Source: Tubiluchus corallicola
Lineage: Eukaryota > Animalia > Priapulida
Direction of reading: 5' to 3'
DNA length: 64,000 nucleotides
Assembly (NCBI GenBank): GCA_030141605.1
Contig: JAQGDQ010000076.1
Coordinates: forward strand, 372,001 to 436,000
How positions within the stretch are numbered: position 1 is the stretch's first letter; every line of letters starts with the position of its first letter. This document shows positions 54,176 to 64,000 of this stretch, in pieces. The position numbers and the translations under genes are program-made. Below the pieces are notes generated by a model. The model was not told the origin of the DNA. It saw only the letters and a list, made by a program, of their open reading frames with translations, and searched no databases.

Positions 54176-55035
54176 TGTAATAGTAATGATGTGTGCAGAT
54201 CGGATGCAAAAAATCGTTATTAGGCCCTACTGTACTTGGCACCTTGATCAAACTGCCTGTCGCTCGGCTAGTCAGGTAATTTGCACACTCCTTGTAACAT
54301 TACCATAGATATGGTTTGTGTAGATCAAAGATCTTAGTGATTGCTTAGCAGTGTTCTGCATTCTAGACTGTCATGCTGCTCTGATCTTCTTTGTTTAAGT
54401 TCCTAATTAGTTTAATAAATACTACTTTATTATGCATGCATTTGTCTGGTTGCTAATATTATTGTAGCGTGTAACATGGTGTCAGAAGTGGGATAAGGTA
54501 TGCTCAGATTGAAAAAGAGGTACTTTCATGTGTTTTTGCAGTTACAAAGTTTCATCAGTATGTTTATGGTTGTCGTGTAGTAGTCCAGGCAGACCATAAG
54601 CCCTTGGTAGTTGTTATGCAAAAACCACTTCATTCAGCACCAAAGCGTTTACAGTCTATGCTAGTTAAACTTCAAGGTTACGATCTGAAGTTAATTTACG
54701 AACCAGGACCTACAATGTATGTAGCTGATACACTAAGCAGAGCTTATCTACAAGATCAGCCAGACTTAACCAAGTATGAGAAATACTTGAGCAATGTCAA
54801 TGTGTTGCAATACTTACCTATGTCTCAGGAGAGACTTAAACAAATTCGTGCTTATACGGAAAGTGATTTATTGACACTGCGATCTACAATTCTTAATGAC
54901 TGGCCTGAAAGAAAAGATTTTGTTCCTTTAGAGATTCGGCAGTATTATTCACTAAAGGATGAGCTCACAGTTCATATTGGTGTGATTTTAAAGGGTAACC
55001 AAATTGTGATTCCTAAAGCCCTGAGAAAAGAGAAT
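54176..55035 (+). mobile_element. Internally deleted Ty3/Gypsy LTR retrotransposon (LTR, PBS, RNase H region)
   Basis: LTR-like end ..AATAAA..GTAACA (54476) and PBS TGGTGTCAGAAGTGGGAT (54477-54494), then RYAQIEKEVLSCVFAVTKFHQYVYG..DHKPL..PKRLQ..Y.PG..VADTLSR..IVIPKALR. The left LTR boundary is uncertain. Confidence 0.88.
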
Positions 55036-55108
<73 letters not shown>

Positions 55109-55120
55109 GTATATATATAT
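55036..55120. repeat. (TA)n(GA)n microsatellite
   Basis: Dinucleotide runs at the point where Gypsy homology stops. Confidence 0.95.
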
Positions 55121-55681
55121 TCAAATTTAAATGGGGGAGAAGAGATTAAATTATGCATTATACTTGTAGTAATAACTATAATTGTATAGGACATTTAAAT
55201 ATAATTGATGGTAGTAATGTAGCCATCATAACCATTAAAGAGGGGCTATGGTGAGGGAGGGGGGGTCAAATTATCAGAATATTAGCGATTCATTTGCAGA
55301 ATTAATGTTACAATAATACGTTCAGAATTTTTTGTATCATTGGTATTTGCTGGTTATAAGCTAAGACCATTTTCCAAGTGGAAACAGATACAGATATAGG
55401 CTGCGATGAATGAATAATTTCATTTTAATTGATTTATACCTTGCCTTCGAAATTTTTTTTATACCGATTAACCTTAAATTGGCCAGGTTTACTTGTTCTG
55501 TTATGTGTAGCAAACAAATTTGAAAAAATGTTTGAAATTTGATTAAACGACGTGCTGTCGTTGCCGCTGTCGGTGAAGAGAATCTTGAATGTACAGTGTA
55601 TTTGTACTTCATTTTGTAGCAGGCCCTGTGTCTTTGTCCACCTATTTCAAAGAGCTCTCATATTGATTAAACACGTGCAAA

Positions 55682-63311
<7,630 letters not shown>

Positions 63312-64000
63312 TGAAATCATTTTCAAAATAGCCATTAATGTTGTAATAATTTAAATAAACGAGTGCTCCTTGTAAATGAATGCTGCTAATCTCAATAATT
63401 TTGTGTAATGAGTGTTCATTCACTAATTTGGAGAATTTTAAAATTTTCTAAATTACCTTTTTAACATTCTGGTACCACTCCAGAGGTAGCAATTGGAAAA
63501 TGTTCAAAATATTAAAGAGACAACAAGTTGAATGTTGAAAAATTGATGCTACTGAGAACAGAAACTTTTTTCAAAATGTGCTTATGGATTCGCTCTTGCT
63601 TTCTGTACTGCCAACATTTTGCAAAGTGTTTTCGCTAATTTTGCTTCCAGTTGTCATTAATCGTGACATTTATAACAATGGGTTAAAAGACCTATATAAG
63701 ATAAGCTCCAGAATTCGATACTTTTTTTGTTGTTGTCCACGAATGATTCAAGGATCGAAGATGGTATCGATGATACACGATGTTTATCGTGTATTTAACA
63801 TTCTTAACATTTAGGAGTTGCAAAAGATCTAATTGCATACTAGTTTTGTAGTTCAGCTGATATTTAATGCACTTATTGCCTTGAATTGCAACCGGTTGTG
63901 CATCATTGTTTATAAGCATTTTATTACTGACTGTACAATAGTTAGTTGCACATTCACCTAAATTCAAGACAATCTCAACTTAGCAATTTTGCAAGGCATA

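Overview
AT-rich genomic DNA from an animal, probably an invertebrate, with GT-AG spliceosomal introns. The first ~24 kb has no recognisable coding exons. It carries a pentanucleotide microsatellite, two tRNA-derived SINE copies, a tRNA-like relic, a hAT-type MITE and a long inverted duplication. Four protein-coding genes follow: four-jointed kinase (+, intronless CDS), Sm D1 (-, 3 coding exons), kinesin light chain (+, 12 constant coding exons and a complex alternative 3' end) and enolase-phosphatase E1 (+, 6 exons). Decayed CR1/L2-like LINE pieces lie between Sm D1 and KLC. Between KLC and ENOPH1 are a LINE 3' end, a hAT MITE and an internally deleted Gypsy element. The most interesting signal is the KLC 3' region. 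It appears to encode a set of alternative tails, including a 30-nt terminal exon missed by the ORF track that adds a CaaX prenylation box (HYESSCTLM*), as an alternative to an amphipathic-helix/phosphosite tail. All exon calls were read by eye and lack transcript support.
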